DNA of 64,000 bases from Gammaproteobacteria bacterium (GCA_024763505.1 JANTFI010000002.1:9990-73989), one strand, 5' to 3'. Shown: positions 1 through 11,714, numbered from the stretch's first letter. Translations and numbers: made by a program. The notes: a model not told the origin generated them from the sequence alone.

Positions 1-463
1 TTTCATCAGCAAGCCCATTAATGAAGATAAACTGCAACAGGTACTGAACCGGAAAGCCGCTTTGAACGATGAAGCCGCAGTCGAAGGAATTGCCAGCGAA
101 GGAATAGACAGTGAAGAAACTGCCGTCTCGGTCGATTATGAATTAACGCGCAAACTTTCCGCCAATAATGTCAAATTGATCAAGGCAACTTTTTCTTTAC
201 TGCAACTGGAGCTGCCGGGTTTTGTGGAAGAATTGAGCCAGGCCATCGAGGCCGAAGACGGACGATTGATTGGCGATATCATGCATAAATTGAGGGGCGT
301 TTGCTGTTACGCCGGTCTGCCGGAATTGAAACGCTTGCTGGATCGCTATGACGATGCCAAAACCATCGACCGGCGGGCGATTCTTGCGGTGTGCCGGGAG
401 GTTCGTGCCGAATTGCAGCGCATTGAGGACACCCTGCAACAGCGTGGAGATGCTGACTTGTAA
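1..463 (+). CDS. 3' end of a hybrid sensor kinase/phosphorelay protein (end of receiver domain plus Hpt domain, BarA/GacS-like); starts upstream of the window
   Basis: Frame is open from base 2 (FISKPINEDKL = receiver K-P motif) and continues into Hpt motif IMHKLRGVCCYAG. Confidence 0.8.
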   Translation, partial: FISKPINEDKLQQVLNRKAALNDEAAVEGIASEGIDSEETAVSVDYELTRKLSANNVKLIKATFSLLQLELPGFVEELSQAIEAEDGRLIGDIMHKLRGVCCYAGLPELKRLLDRYDDAKTIDRRAILAVCREVRAELQRIEDTLQQRGDADL

Positions 464-494
464 TCCCGCTACCGCCAGCCTAACGGCAGCGGCC

Positions 495-875
495 TCAATC
501 GCTTTCCAGCACCACCATTGCGACGGCGTAGTGTTTTTCGTCAGACAAGGATAAGAAACTGTGTCGAATACCGCGTTGCTCGATTACTATGCGAGCCTGA
601 CCATGAAAGCGGATATCCGGCTTGCCCAGATCATTATTGATGATTTCCAGATCGTGGAATCCGATTCCTTCGGCGATCCCGGTGCCGAGCGCTTTGCTGA
701 TGGCTTCTTTGGCCGCAAACCGGGAAGCCAGAAAACTGGCGCTGTGATTGCGGTGTTCAAATTGCTGTCGCTCAGTCTCACACAAAATGCGTTCAGAAAA
801 GCGCTCGGCATAACGTTCGATAATCTTTTCAAAACGTGAAATCTCGGCGATATCGACGCCGATTCCGACGATCAT
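495..875 (-). CDS. acpS: holo-[acyl-carrier-protein] synthase
   Basis: [21 protein letters not shown] motifs; follows pdxJ. Confidence 0.97.
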   Translation of the reverse strand: MIVGIGVDIAEISRFEKIIERYAERFSERILCETERQQFEHRNHSASFLASRFAAKEAISKALGTGIAEGIGFHDLEIINNDLGKPDIRFHGQARIVIEQRGIRHSFLSLSDEKHYAVAMVVLESD

Positions 876-1630
876 GACGAGGCTGGGTTCAAACCGAGAC
901 GCGCTTCCACCATCAGACGCTTCATTTCACGCACCGACTGCGCCAGCCCGTGAAACATCGCATCGGCCATGATGGCGTGACCGATATTCAATTCCACCAC
1001 CTGTGGATGACGTGCCAGCGCCTGCACATTGTGATAATGCAAGCCATGCCCGGCATTGATCTGTAACCCTTGCTGGTGCGCATAATCGATGGCGCGGTAG
1101 ATCTCTTGCAACAAGCGCGCTCGCGTGGGTTCGTCGCGGGCATCGGCGAAGTGGCCGGTATGAATTTCGATCACTGGCGCGTGACAGGCCACTGCCGCAT
1201 CGATTTGTTCGTAGCTGGCATCAATAAACAGTGACACGCGGGTGTTGTTGGCCGCCAGACGCTCGCAGGCAGACTTGATCTTGTCGAAGCCTGCGACTAC
1301 ATCCAAACCGCCTTCGGTGGTCAATTCTTCACGCTTTTCCGGTACCAGACAACAATCTTCGGGCTGCAATTCGAGCGCGAATCCGAGCATGTCTTCAGTC
1401 ACCGCCATTTCCAGATTCAGCTTGGTTTGCACCATTTCCTTGAGCAGCAAGCAATCTCGTTGCTGAATATGACGGCGGTCTTCGCGTAGATGAAAGGTGA
1501 TTGAATCGGCACCCGACTGTTCGGCGATTAGCGCAGCGGTGACCGGGTCGGGATAGCGGGTGCCGCGTGACTGGCGCAGGGTGGCGATATGGTCGATGTT
1601 GACACCGAGTTGGATGGAAGTTGCATTCAT
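872..1630 (-). CDS. pdxJ: pyridoxine 5'-phosphate synthase
   Basis: [33 protein letters not shown]; start moved to ATG 1630 just after the recO stop. Confidence 0.97.
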   Translation of the reverse strand: MNATSIQLGVNIDHIATLRQSRGTRYPDPVTAALIAEQSGADSITFHLREDRRHIQQRDCLLLKEMVQTKLNLEMAVTEDMLGFALELQPEDCCLVPEKREELTTEGGLDVVAGFDKIKSACERLAANNTRVSLFIDASYEQIDAAVACHAPVIEIHTGHFADARDEPTRARLLQEIYRAIDYAHQQGLQINAGHGLHYHNVQALARHPQVVELNIGHAIMADAMFHGLAQSVREMKRLMVEARLGLNPASS

Positions 1631-1634
1631 AGAA

Positions 1635-2339
1635 TTATTTTTGCAGTTGTTGGTAAAACTGGCGTGATTGTAACGTCCTGCCCTGCAGGTTGAAATCAAT
1701 TATTTGGCGCAGCAGAATTCTGCCGGCGCGGGCGATATCGGGTTCGTCAAAACGACGGTCTGCAATCGCCCGCAACTGGGCACCAAGAAAATTACGAGTC
1801 TGCTGATTCTGCGCCGGACACAGCCCGTTGGCCGGGTCGAAATAATATTCTCTGGTATCTTCCAGTGGGGCGTCGCTGTGGGAAACCCGGGTCAGATCCG
1901 GCAACAGGCCAAGAGCTGTCAGCAGTTCCAGCTCAAACCGTCGCAAGCCCATCGCCAGTTCGGCTTGACGGTCAGACCCGGCCAAGCCCAGTAACAATTG
2001 TTGATAGTGGTGAAACAGTTCAGCGTAGGCTTGATGTTTGGGCAGCATCAGCATCAGTAATTCATTGGCGTAAAACACGCCGGGATAATGCTTCGGCGAG
2101 ACTGGCAGCACCCGGCTTTCGATCTGGGTCAGGGTTTTCAACTCGCTACGTCCGCTCCAGCCCAACATCAAGCGGTTGCAGATTTGAAAATGTGCCGCAT
2201 CGCGACGCTTTCGGGCGGCATTGGCCAGCACACTGACACGGCCGAATTGTTCGCTGAACAATTCCAGAATCAGACTCGATTCCTTGTAGTCACGACGGTG
2301 CAGAATAAAGGCGGGCTGATCGGTAATTCGGCTTTGCAT
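1635..2339 (-). CDS. recO: DNA repair protein RecO
   Basis: [25 protein letters not shown]; rnc-era-recO synteny. Confidence 0.95.
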   Translation of the reverse strand: MQSRITDQPAFILHRRDYKESSLILELFSEQFGRVSVLANAARKRRDAAHFQICNRLMLGWSGRSELKTLTQIESRVLPVSPKHYPGVFYANELLMLMLPKHQAYAELFHHYQQLLLGLAGSDRQAELAMGLRRFELELLTALGLLPDLTRVSHSDAPLEDTREYYFDPANGLCPAQNQQTRNFLGAQLRAIADRRFDEPDIARAGRILLRQIIDFNLQGRTLQSRQFYQQLQK

Positions 2340-2477
2340 TACAGTAGCGGGGCAGCGTTTAAATGCTCGAAACAGGAAGTCATTACCATACCAGCTTTAT
2401 AAAATTTGGACTTGAATCCGGGCCGGCCTGTCGGTGTGTTGCCAATCGTTTGACCGGTTTTTTCAGGAGTCCGGTTA

Positions 2478-3371
2478 TTATTCGTCCGAATAGCCGAAAG
2501 CAGCTAGCGAGCGCTCATCGTCGGACCAGTCTTCACGTACCTTGACCCACAGTTGCAGAAACACCTTGCAGTCGAGCAAGCGCTCCAGATCCGCCCGTGC
2601 CTCGCTGCCGATTTTCTTCAGCAAGCTGCCACCACGTCCAATGATGATGCCTTTCTGTGATTTTCGCTCGACCCAGATCGACGCCGATATCCGCACCAGA
2701 TCGGCTTCTTCCTTGTAATGCTCGACATTGACTGTGAGTGAGTAGGGCAATTCCTGGGTCAGCATGCGAAACAGTTTTTCGCGTACGATTTCGGCGGCGA
2801 TGAAACGCATCGACTTGTCGGTGAGCTGATCGTCCGGAAAATGCGGCACGCCCGGTGGCAACTGCTGGGCAATAAATTCCATCAAGTGATCGAGATTTTC
2901 CTGCTTCAGCGCCGACACCGGAATGATCGGCACATCGGGCATGCGTTCCGCCAGACGCTGCATGATCGGCAGTAAATCCTGCTTGTTGACCTGATCGATC
3001 TTGTTCAGCAGCAGCACCCGATTGGGCAGTTTTTCGACCTTTTTCAATACTTCTTCATCATCGCCATTGATATTGCGGACATCGAGCAACACGCACACCA
3101 GATCGACATCATCGATGACACTGCTGGCGGCGCGATTCATATAGCGGTTGATGGCCTTTTTCTGGTTTTGATGCATACCCGGCGTATCGACGAAGATACA
3201 TTGATAGCGATCGGTGGTTTTGATGCCGAGAATTTGGTGGCGGGTGGTTTGCGGACGTTTGGCGGTGATGCTGAGCTTTTCGCCGACCAGTGCATTCATC
3301 AGTGTCGATTTTCCGGTATTCGGCTTGCCGACCAGTGCGACATAGCCACAGGCAAAATCCGGCTCAGCCAT
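2478..3371 (-). CDS. era: GTPase Era
   Basis: GKPNTGKS, QTTR, DTPG, NKID, KH domain GIIIGRGG. Confidence 0.98.
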   Translation of the reverse strand: MAEPDFACGYVALVGKPNTGKSTLMNALVGEKLSITAKRPQTTRHQILGIKTTDRYQCIFVDTPGMHQNQKKAINRYMNRAASSVIDDVDLVCVLLDVRNINGDDEEVLKKVEKLPNRVLLLNKIDQVNKQDLLPIMQRLAERMPDVPIIPVSALKQENLDHLMEFIAQQLPPGVPHFPDDQLTDKSMRFIAAEIVREKLFRMLTQELPYSLTVNVEHYKEEADLVRISASIWVERKSQKGIIIGRGGSLLKKIGSEARADLERLLDCKVFLQLWVKVREDWSDDERSLAAFGYSDE

Positions 3372-4041
3372 TACGTGCCTGTTTCAGCGCCGCCGATGCC
3401 GCCATTTGTTCGGCTTTTTTGCGACTGCTACCCTTACCCTTGACATTCAGCCCCAGTCCATCGATCTGGCACTCGATGGTAAAAATCTGGTCGTGCGATT
3501 TTCCTTCGGTCTTCACCACCTGATACACCGGTAGTTCTATTTTCTTGCTTTGCAGATATTCCTGCAGCGTGGTTTTCGGGTCTTTCAAATCGGCCTGAGT
3601 CGGCAGCGTGACCAGATATTCATCATATAAAAACAGAATCACCTTGCGACAGGGCTCGAAGCCGCCATCCAGATAGACTGCGCCAAAGATCGCTTCCATC
3701 GCATCCGACAGAATCGAGGCACGACGGTAGCCGCCACTTTTCAATTCGCCACCACCCAGTCGCAGATAGTCGCCCAGACAGATATCGCGTGCCACCGTGG
3801 CCAGCGCATCTTCCTTCACCAGACTGGCGCGCACCCGGCTCAATTCGCCTTCGCTGGAATCCTCCAACCGTTTGAACAAATGGTCTGAGATCACCAGTCC
3901 GAGCACACTGTCGCCGAGAAACTCCAGTCTCTCATTATTCACGTTACGCGAAAAGCTACGATGCGTAATGGCCTTTTCGAGCAGCGATTCATCCTTGAAA
4001 TGGTAATGAATAACCGTCTGAAGTTGTTGCAGTGTCTTCAC
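3364..4041 (-). CDS. rnc: ribonuclease III
   Basis: NERLEFLGDSVL signature and C-terminal dsRBD. Confidence 0.98.
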   Translation of the reverse strand: MKTLQQLQTVIHYHFKDESLLEKAITHRSFSRNVNNERLEFLGDSVLGLVISDHLFKRLEDSSEGELSRVRASLVKEDALATVARDICLGDYLRLGGGELKSGGYRRASILSDAMEAIFGAVYLDGGFEPCRKVILFLYDEYLVTLPTQADLKDPKTTLQEYLQSKKIELPVYQVVKTEGKSHDQIFTIECQIDGLGLNVKGKGSSRKKAEQMAASAALKQARNG

Positions 4042-4418
4042 TCTTTTTTCTCGACCGTATAGGTGAAGTGACCGCCGATGAACAAGGGGCCGATATACGG
4101 TTTGCGGACTTCGTAATCCAGCGTTACCTTGGTGATGTCGTTTTCGCGGACCACTTTCATGTTTTCGCGCTTGATGCCGGTGATCTGATTGACCAGAAAT
4201 TGCCTATTCAGATAACTCCAGATCGATTTTTTGGAGCGGGCATCGACTTCTTCGCTGGAGGCCATGTTATCCATGGTGGAGCGAATCTGGTAATACTCGA
4301 TATACATCGGCAGAATCTTGAAACCGGTCAGAATGATGGAGCCGAAGATGGCGATGACGACGATCCAGCCGATGGTGGTCAGGCCGCGTTGGGATTTCTG
4401 GTTGATTTGTGGGGTCAT
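4038..4418 (-). CDS. DUF4845-family protein with pilin-like N-terminus
   Basis: QRGLT followed by a hydrophobic helix; usual position between lepB and rnc. Confidence 0.85.
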   Translation of the reverse strand: MTPQINQKSQRGLTTIGWIVVIAIFGSIILTGFKILPMYIEYYQIRSTMDNMASSEEVDARSKKSIWSYLNRQFLVNQITGIKRENMKVVRENDITKVTLDYEVRKPYIGPLFIGGHFTYTVEKKE

Positions 4419-4428
4419 GTCTGCCTCG

Positions 4429-5226
4429 TTATTGGATGCTGCCGATACGCGACAAGTCTAGCCCACTCCCGCCGCTACGCCAATCCCAGTGCAGCCAGAT
4501 GAATTCAGCCTTGCCGACCAGATTTTGTTCCGGTACAAAGCCCCAGAAGCGGCTATCGTTGCTGTGGTCGCGGTTATCGCCCATCACGAAATACTGCCCC
4601 TCGGGTACGATCAATTCACCATTGGCACTGAACTTCACTTTATCGTCGACCATCATCAAATGTTCGACATCGCCGAGTTTTTCACGAAAAACAGAGGCAC
4701 CGGCCATGTTGTCGCTGGTCGTACCCTGACCGGCAAAAGTTTCCACGAATTCGACCGGTAGCGGCGTACCGTTGATCATCAGACGGCGATTGTAGTAACT
4801 GATGTGGTCGCCCGGCAGACCGACCACCCGCTTGATGAAATCCAGCGATTCATCTTCCGGAAAACGGAATACCACGACTTCGCCACGCTTGAGTGGTTTG
4901 CCATCGGTCAATTTGGTATGCACCACCGGCAAGCGCACGCCGTATTCATATTTGTTGACCAGTATAAAATCACCGACCAGCAGGGTCGGCATCATCGATC
5001 CGGAAGGAATGCGAAACGGTTCGTACAGAAACGAGCGCAGTATCATCACCGCCAGCAGCACCGGAAAGAAAGATTTGGCATATTCCACCAGAATCGGCTC
5101 ATGCACCGATTGGCCGGCGCTGACCTGATGACGTTTACGCGCAAACAGCAGGCTGTCGAGCAGCCAGATCAGGCCACTGACCAGCACGGCCATGACCAGC
5201 AGAAATTCAAAGTCGAAATGAATCAT
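4429..5226 (-). CDS. lepB: signal peptidase I
   Basis: IPSGSMMPTL, FIKRVVG, GDNRDHSNDSR. Confidence 0.98.
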   Translation of the reverse strand: MIHFDFEFLLVMAVLVSGLIWLLDSLLFARKRHQVSAGQSVHEPILVEYAKSFFPVLLAVMILRSFLYEPFRIPSGSMMPTLLVGDFILVNKYEYGVRLPVVHTKLTDGKPLKRGEVVVFRFPEDESLDFIKRVVGLPGDHISYYNRRLMINGTPLPVEFVETFAGQGTTSDNMAGASVFREKLGDVEHLMMVDDKVKFSANGELIVPEGQYFVMGDNRDHSNDSRFWGFVPEQNLVGKAEFIWLHWDWRSGGSGLDLSRIGSIQ

Positions 5227-5284
5227 TGTTCAGGATAGCCCCGTGTAGTGTTGAGTATTGAAAATTGAGCGTAAACCGCGCTGG

Positions 5285-7087
5285 CTAATTCTTGTTATCT
5301 ACTTGCAGCACGGCGAGAAAGGCATCCTGCGGGATTTCCACCTTGCCGACCTGCTTCATCCGTTTCTTGCCGGCTTTCTGTTTTTCCAGCAATTTCTTTT
5401 TTCTTGTGATATCTCCGCCATAGCATTTTGCGGTGACATTCTTGCGCAAAGCCTTGACGTTAGTGCGGGCAATGATATGCGCACCGATCGCGGCCTGTAT
5501 CGCTACATCGAACATCTGGCGCGGTATCAAGTCTTTCATCTTGCTGGCCAGTTCGCGGCCACGATATTCGGCATTGTCGCGGTGCACGATGATCGACAGG
5601 GCATCGACCCGCTCGCCATTGATCAACACATCGAGTTTGACCAGATTGGCCGCCTCGAAACGCAGAAATTCGTAGTCGAATGAAGCATAGCCGCGGCTGA
5701 CGCTTTTCAAGCGATCAAAGAAATCGAGTACTACTTCGCTCATCGGCATTTCATACACGATTGAAACCTGCGAACCCAGATAGACGATTTCTTTCTGCAC
5801 ACCACGCTTTTCGGTGCACAATGTGATAATGGCACCGATGTATTCTTCCGGCGTCAGGATATTGGCACGGATGATCGGTTCGCGCACTTCGTTGATGTAA
5901 TTGACTTCCGGCAACTCGGCCGGGTTGTGAATCTCGATCACTTCGCCAGAGGTGGTTTCCACCTGATAGATGACGGTCGGCGCGGTGGTGATCAAATCAA
6001 GATCGTATTCGCGCTCCAGTCGCTCCTGCACGATTTCCATATGCAGCATGCCGAGAAAGCCGCAACGAAAACCGAAGCCCAGCGCCTGCGAGGATTCCGG
6101 CTCGAATTGCAGCGCGGCATCGTTGAGCTTGAGCTTTTTCAGCGCTTCACGGGTGTTTTCATAGTCATCCGAGCTGACCGGAAACAGTCCGGCAAATACC
6201 CGCGGTTGTACCTCCTTGAAGTCGGGCAAGGGATCGCTGGCCGGGTTTTGTGCCGAGGTGATGGTGTCACCGACTTTTGCCGATTCGATATCCTTGATGC
6301 CGGAAATGATATAGCCGACATTGCCGCATTCAAGCACTTCGGTTTGCAGGCGTTTGGGGGTGAACACGCCGACCTGGTCAACATGGAACTCGCGCCCGGT
6401 GGACATCATCTGGATTTTCATGCGCGGCTTGATGCTGCCTTCCATCACGCGCACCAGCGTGATCACGCCGACATAACTGTCAAACCAGGAGTCGATAATC
6501 AGCGCCTTGGTCGGCGCATCAATATCGCCGACCGGAGGCGGCACCAGCGCGACCAGTTGTTCCAGCAATTCGTCGATGCCCTGCCCGGTCTTGGCGCTGA
6601 CTTCGATCGCCTCAGAGGCATCCAGCCCGATCACCTGTTCGATTTCGTGCTTGACCCTTTCAGGATCGGCGGCGGGCAGATCGATCTTGTTGAGCACCGG
6701 AATCACTTCCAGATCCATGTCAATGGCGGTGTAGCAATTGGCTACCGATTGCGCTTCCACGCCCTGCGACGCATCGACCACCAGCAAAGCGCCCTCGCAG
6801 GCGGCCAGCGAACGCGAGACTTCGTAAGAAAAGTCGACATGTCCCGGGGTATCGATGAAGTTCAGCAGGTAGGTTTCGCCATCCTTGGCCTTGTATTCGA
6901 GTGACACCGATTGCGCCTTGATGGTGATTCCGCGTTCACGCTCCAGATCCATCGAATCGAGCACCTGCTCCGACATTTCGCGCTCGGTCAAGCCGCCGCA
7001 GACCTGAATAAAGCGGTCGGCGATGGTCGACTTGCCATGGTCGATATGGGCAATAATGGAAAAATTTCGGATATTCTGCATCCGCAT
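5285..7087 (-). CDS. lepA: elongation factor 4
   Basis: [28 protein letters not shown]. Confidence 0.99.
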   Translation of the reverse strand: MRMQNIRNFSIIAHIDHGKSTIADRFIQVCGGLTEREMSEQVLDSMDLERERGITIKAQSVSLEYKAKDGETYLLNFIDTPGHVDFSYEVSRSLAACEGALLVVDASQGVEAQSVANCYTAIDMDLEVIPVLNKIDLPAADPERVKHEIEQVIGLDASEAIEVSAKTGQGIDELLEQLVALVPPPVGDIDAPTKALIIDSWFDSYVGVITLVRVMEGSIKPRMKIQMMSTGREFHVDQVGVFTPKRLQTEVLECGNVGYIISGIKDIESAKVGDTITSAQNPASDPLPDFKEVQPRVFAGLFPVSSDDYENTREALKKLKLNDAALQFEPESSQALGFGFRCGFLGMLHMEIVQERLEREYDLDLITTAPTVIYQVETTSGEVIEIHNPAELPEVNYINEVREPIIRANILTPEEYIGAIITLCTEKRGVQKEIVYLGSQVSIVYEMPMSEVVLDFFDRLKSVSRGYASFDYEFLRFEAANLVKLDVLINGERVDALSIIVHRDNAEYRGRELASKMKDLIPRQMFDVAIQAAIGAHIIARTNVKALRKNVTAKCYGGDITRKKKLLEKQKAGKKRMKQVGKVEIPQDAFLAVLQVDNKN

Positions 7088-7256
7088 AATCGGTCAGCCG
7101 GTGTAAAAATCCGCGAATTTTACGGGAAATGGCGGCAAAGCGACAGGGATGATCGGGATATTTCATCGCTTCTGTAAGGAATGGCAGCGGAGGCGGCTGT
7201 AAATCTTGCACCCAACCGGAGCTTTCCGGTCAGAACCTCATGGATGGGGGTAAAGT

Positions 7257-7496
7257 TCACGCCTGTGCCAGCCGCTGCCGGACAGCTTCTTGATCAAGAA
7301 AATAATGGCAGACTTCTTCGCCATCGAACTGCAATACCGGCACCAGCGTATCAAATTGCCGAATCAAATCGGTATCGCGGTCGATATCGATTTCCTGCCA
7401 GTCAAAATCCAGATCGCGCTGCAACGCCACCAGCGCCAGTTTCATCGACTGGCACAGGTGGCAGTTTTCGCGGTAATACAGGGTGAAGCGGATCAC
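7257..7496 (-). CDS. glutaredoxin-like protein (DUF836 family)
   Basis: CHLC motif, IDID, VPVL; overlaps the degP stop. Confidence 0.85.
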   Translation of the reverse strand: MIRFTLYYRENCHLCQSMKLALVALQRDLDFDWQEIDIDRDTDLIRQFDTLVPVLQFDGEEVCHYFLDQEAVRQRLAQA

Positions 7497-8893
7497 TCCG
7501 GCTTGATCGCCAGAAACACCGGGCCATTATTGCGCTGAATCAGGATAGCAACCGACTTTCCGGACTTGAGCTTTTCGGCCAGATCGCTGAATTCATCCAC
7601 TGAAGTGACACTGTGATTATCGATCATGCTGATCACATCGCCCTTGCGAATGCCCGCTTCGCTGGCCGGACCTTCAGGCTCCACCCGATCGACCAGCACG
7701 CCGGAGTCTACCTTCAGCTTGTTGCGTGTGATCTTGTCGAGTTCTTTCACCGACATGCCGAGCACCGATTTTTCGACCGGTGGTTGCATTTGCGGCTGGC
7801 TTTCCGCCAGTACTTCCTGAGTCGGCAATTGCTCGATTCTGACCTTGAATGTGCGTTTTTTACGGTTGCGGATAATGACCACTTCGGCATCTTCGCCAAC
7901 CGCGGTACGGCCGACAATCGGTGGCAGACTGGTCGAGCGGGTCACCTTGCGGCCATTGAATTCGACGATGACATCACCGACCTTGAGGCCGGCTCGCTGC
8001 GCCGGACTGTCATCCAGTACCTTGGCAATCAGAGCACCATGCGGGTTGGACATGCCAAACGAATCGGCCAGTTCACGCGTGACTTCCTGAATCAGCACGC
8101 CGAGCCAACCGCGCGACACCGAGCCCTTGCTCTTGATCTGTTCGGCCACATCGACAGCCATCTCGATCGGAATGGCGAAAGACAGGCCCATGAAACCGCC
8201 GGAACGACTGTAGATTTGCGAATTGATACCGATCACTTCGCCATCCATGTTGAATAATGGGCCGCCCGAATTTCCCGGGTTGATGGCTACGTCGGTCTGG
8301 ATGAAAGGCACATAGTTATCGCTCGGCAGGCTGCGGCCCTTGGCGCTGACGATACCGGCGGTGACGGTATGATCAAAACCAAACGGTGAGCCGATGGCAA
8401 GCACCCATTCGCCGACCTTGAGGTCTTGCGAATCCCCCAGTTTCAGCGTCGGCAGATTGTCGCCGTCGATCTTGATCAGAGCAATATCCGAATCCTTGTC
8501 CGAACCAATCACCTTGGCATCATACACATCGCGATTATTGAGGCGCACAATGACTTCATCAGCATCCGCCACGACATGATGGTTGGTCAGGATATAGCCA
8601 TCCGACGAAATAATGAAACCGGAGCCGAGCGAATTGGTTTCGCGCTTTTCGATGCCATTGTCGTCGAAAAACTTCTTGAACAATTCACCGAACGGCGAGC
8701 CTTCCGGCAAATTCGGAATATCCAGATGCTTGCGCATCGTGCCACTTTTTGGCTTGGAATTGGTGCTGATATTCACCACCGAATCCTTTGCCTGTTCCAC
8801 GATACCGGTGAAATCCGGCAATTGCGCCTGAACCTGCTGGATGAACAAAAGCATCAACAGGGTCGAAAAAAGATAAAGGCTGGTTTTTTTCAT
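7493..8893 (-). CDS. mucD: periplasmic serine endoprotease DegP/MucD (two PDZ domains)
   Basis: LTNHHV, IQTDVAINPGNSGGPL, signal peptide from ATG 8893; downstream of rseABC. Confidence 0.93.
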   Translation of the reverse strand: MKKTSLYLFSTLLMLLFIQQVQAQLPDFTGIVEQAKDSVVNISTNSKPKSGTMRKHLDIPNLPEGSPFGELFKKFFDDNGIEKRETNSLGSGFIISSDGYILTNHHVVADADEVIVRLNNRDVYDAKVIGSDKDSDIALIKIDGDNLPTLKLGDSQDLKVGEWVLAIGSPFGFDHTVTAGIVSAKGRSLPSDNYVPFIQTDVAINPGNSGGPLFNMDGEVIGINSQIYSRSGGFMGLSFAIPIEMAVDVAEQIKSKGSVSRGWLGVLIQEVTRELADSFGMSNPHGALIAKVLDDSPAQRAGLKVGDVIVEFNGRKVTRSTSLPPIVGRTAVGEDAEVVIIRNRKKRTFKVRIEQLPTQEVLAESQPQMQPPVEKSVLGMSVKELDKITRNKLKVDSGVLVDRVEPEGPASEAGIRKGDVISMIDNHSVTSVDEFSDLAEKLKSGKSVAILIQRNNGPVFLAIKPE

Positions 8894-8915
8894 AACACGT
8901 TCCTGTAACCAAGAT

Positions 8916-9362
8916 TTAAAGAATAGAAATTTCGAGTTCCCGCCGCAAAAACCGGGGTTGAAAGCGGCGGGCAAAATGGCTGTGTGATAGTCGAATCGTC
9001 AATGCGATACCCAGACCCAGTCCGGCAAGAGCGCTGATTGTAGTGAGGGTTTCACTGCCACCGAATAGCAACCGGGCAAGCAATCCAAAGACAAACAGCA
9101 TCAGCAGAGGCAAAATGTACATCAGAAAACTGGCCGCCAGATAATGGCGATCCGGCAAGCCGATGACGATATGATCGCCCGGTTTCAGGTTGTGCGTATT
9201 GTCGATACTGAATTGTTGCGAGCGTTGTCCGAGCAACCGGCCCAGACTGCCGGTTCCGCAACCGGCATTCAGTTCGCAATGATTACAGGCGTTTTGGCGC
9301 TGAATTCCGATCACCGCCAGGTGGCCTTGCAATCCGAGCACGGTAGCATGTTCTTCGATCAT
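8916..9362 (-). CDS. rseC: RseC/MucC family protein
   Basis: MIEE..ACNHC..GCG and two TM helices; operon position. Confidence 0.92.
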   Translation of the reverse strand: MIEEHATVLGLQGHLAVIGIQRQNACNHCELNAGCGTGSLGRLLGQRSQQFSIDNTHNLKPGDHIVIGLPDRHYLAASFLMYILPLLMLFVFGLLARLLFGGSETLTTISALAGLGLGIALTIRLSHSHFARRFQPRFLRRELEISIL

Positions 9363-9374
9363 GCGGCAAAGCGG

Positions 9375-10379
9375 TCAGTTTTGATAGGTGACCGCCTGGG
9401 CGAGTTGCCGAACTGTGATGGCCGGCACTTCACCGATAGCGGTAATGGTAAATTCATTATAGCGAACGCCAAAAGCATTGACGGCGCCCATCGAGGTTTC
9501 GCCAATCAGGCTTTCTGCCGAGGTCGGTTCAATAAAAATGGACGCCGAGGCCATGCCGTCGCTGAGTACCATTTGCTGAATATAGGTGTCAGAGTCCGGC
9601 ATTTTCTTGCGAAAAGCAGAATCTACCGAAAAACCGGCTGGCAACGAAGATAACTGCCAGCGAGTGTCGGCCGCCTGTTGCAAGTCATCCGCACCATTGT
9701 GAGACTGCACCAGAGAAAATCCTTCATTGATTTTCGGCATTACACTGAAAACAAGTGGATGATCGTTATCAATCGGCTGTAAATCGGTAAACATGATTTG
9801 TTCACGCACTTGATGCTGATCGTCCATCACCACCGATTGCAGCATCAATCCATTGTTTTCGTTGATCCATACTTTCATACCAAAACGATATTCATCGCGA
9901 GGCATAATCGATACCACCACGGTAGGCTGATCGGCCACCCGATTCTTTCCGACGACGCTGAATTGATAGATTGCAGACAGCTTTTCGACATCTTCCGGGA
10001 CCCAAAGGGGCGATGCGGTTTTCTGATTGGAGCGATCTACCACCACTTGCCGGCTGGACGGCCAGACACAGGTCAGGTTGTTGTTGTCGCGTAAAATTTC
10101 ACGCGCCTCACCATTGAGCGACAGCAATCGCTCACGCACGCCCTGGGCATTGTTGATATGGGTGATCGACATGCTTTCCAGATGGCTGCCCTGCAGGTAG
10201 ACGAATCGGCCTTGATAACTCAGGCCCTGCATGGCTGAAGACATTTTTTGCATCCAGTCCATCGCGCTCATGCCTTCGGCCAGCGCAATTCCACTGGCCA
10301 GCATCAACAGGGAAAACAGCATGCCGCGCAGGAAAGCGGCAGAATATCGATTTATACTGCGATTATTTCTGTGCATCAA
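9375..10379 (-). CDS. rseB: sigma-E regulatory protein RseB/MucB
   Basis: LSYQGRFVY, ERLLSLNG, SDGMASASIFIE. Confidence 0.93.
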   Translation of the reverse strand: MMHRNNRSINRYSAAFLRGMLFSLLMLASGIALAEGMSAMDWMQKMSSAMQGLSYQGRFVYLQGSHLESMSITHINNAQGVRERLLSLNGEAREILRDNNNLTCVWPSSRQVVVDRSNQKTASPLWVPEDVEKLSAIYQFSVVGKNRVADQPTVVVSIMPRDEYRFGMKVWINENNGLMLQSVVMDDQHQVREQIMFTDLQPIDNDHPLVFSVMPKINEGFSLVQSHNGADDLQQAADTRWQLSSLPAGFSVDSAFRKKMPDSDTYIQQMVLSDGMASASIFIEPTSAESLIGETSMGAVNAFGVRYNEFTITAIGEVPAITVRQLAQAVTYQN

Positions 10380-11034
10380 ATCCTACGACTCGAACTTGCG
10401 GGATGATCCCCTGCATGGACTTGGAATACTCATTATGATTGATCAGGTAGGTATTCAATTTCTGCTGGAATGCCGGCGTGCCGCGACGGATTTTCCAGCT
10501 GGTGCCAGCTTGCGTGGTTGCGCGATTTCCGTTTACCGACACCTGACTGACCGGTACATTCAGCGCTGGCAGGCTTGCCAGTTGCTCGACCCGGGCTTCG
10601 GTTGCACCCTGTTGTGCCAACTGATCGCTGGCTCCCGTGCCCGATTCAGAGAATTGAAGTTGCAGGCTGGACACCGCCACAAACGCAACGGCAGCCGCAA
10701 CGGCCACGCCGGTCAACGGTTTGAATAGTACCGACCACAACCACGATGGTTTTGTTTCGGCCTGACTATCCCGTGTCGGAGTTTTGGAGCCCGCCTGGGT
10801 AACCGAAAGAGCGGGCTCCTGTTCGATTTGCGCCATCACATCTGCGACAAAATGAGGTCGAATCCGCTGCGGCATCTCCTGACGCATCACTTCTCCGATC
10901 ATTTGATAGCGTCGCAGGGTGTACCGTTGGTTGATATCACCCAGCGCTTCATTCAAGGCTTTTTGCTCGGCCTGCGCAGAGTGGAAATCATCCAGCAGGG
11001 ATGACAGCTTTTCCGGTTGTTCATTCATGTTCAA
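10363..11034 (-). CDS. rseA: anti-sigma-E factor RseA/MucA
   Basis: EKLSSLLD, RYQMIGEVMR, single TM, YLINHNE. Confidence 0.92.
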   Translation of the reverse strand: MNMNEQPEKLSSLLDDFHSAQAEQKALNEALGDINQRYTLRRYQMIGEVMRQEMPQRIRPHFVADVMAQIEQEPALSVTQAGSKTPTRDSQAETKPSWLWSVLFKPLTGVAVAAAVAFVAVSSLQLQFSESGTGASDQLAQQGATEARVEQLASLPALNVPVSQVSVNGNRATTQAGTSWKIRRGTPAFQQKLNTYLINHNEYSKSMQGIIPQVRVVGFDAQK

Positions 11035-11062
11035 ATTCTCATTGTCTGTACTACTTGCTTAG

Positions 11063-11638
11063 TCACTCCAGCAACGGTCTTAGTTCCTTGTCAATTGCAT
11101 CTCTGGCACGAAATATTCGTGACCGGACGGTGCCGATCGGGCAATCCATGACACCGGCGATCTCTTCATAGCTGAGGCCTTCCAGTTCACGCAAGGTGAT
11201 TGCGGTCTTCAGGTCTTCCGGCAGTTTTTCGATCGCGCGAAAAACCGTTTGCTTGATTTCATCTGTCAGCATCAGACTTTCCGGCGTGGTATTGTCCTTC
11301 AAACGGCTGTCGCCGTCATAGTGTTCGGCATCTTCCACTTCTACTGAATAGGTCGGTGATTTGCGGCTGCGCGCAGCCAGATGATTCTTCGCGGTGTTCG
11401 CTGCAATCCGGTACAGCCAGGTATAAAACTGGCTGTCTCCGCGAAAATTTCCCAGCGCTCGATACGCCTTGATAAAGGTCTCCTGCGCCACGTCGTAACA
11501 CTCTGACTGGTCTGACACGAAGCGGGAAATCAAGTTCACGACTTTTTGCTGGTATTTCATCACCAGAATATCAAACGCAGCCTTGTCTCCCTGCTGTACC
11601 CGCTTGACTAATTCGCTATCTAACTCTGCAGACCCCAT
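11063..11638 (-). CDS. rpoE: ECF sigma factor RpoE/AlgU
   Basis: FRGDSQFYTWLYRIA, CPIGTVRSRIFRAR. Confidence 0.98.
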   Translation of the reverse strand: MGSAELDSELVKRVQQGDKAAFDILVMKYQQKVVNLISRFVSDQSECYDVAQETFIKAYRALGNFRGDSQFYTWLYRIAANTAKNHLAARSRKSPTYSVEVEDAEHYDGDSRLKDNTTPESLMLTDEIKQTVFRAIEKLPEDLKTAITLRELEGLSYEEIAGVMDCPIGTVRSRIFRARDAIDKELRPLLE

Positions 11639-11714
11639 TCAAAACCCTGTTGTTTTCAGTATCAATCGTTGCATCCGGCTGAACGTCATTTTAGCGGAGC
11701 ATTTTTCTGGCCGA

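Noticed and set aside
5927-6904. 325-aa plus-strand ORF, and similar long shadow ORFs (12612-13481, 14666-15823, 27405-28232, 29478-30773, 39199-39960, 42101-42901, 50814-51641, 51678-52460)
   Set aside because: Each lies antisense to a well-supported gene and has no recognisable motifs; such frames are expected from codon bias.
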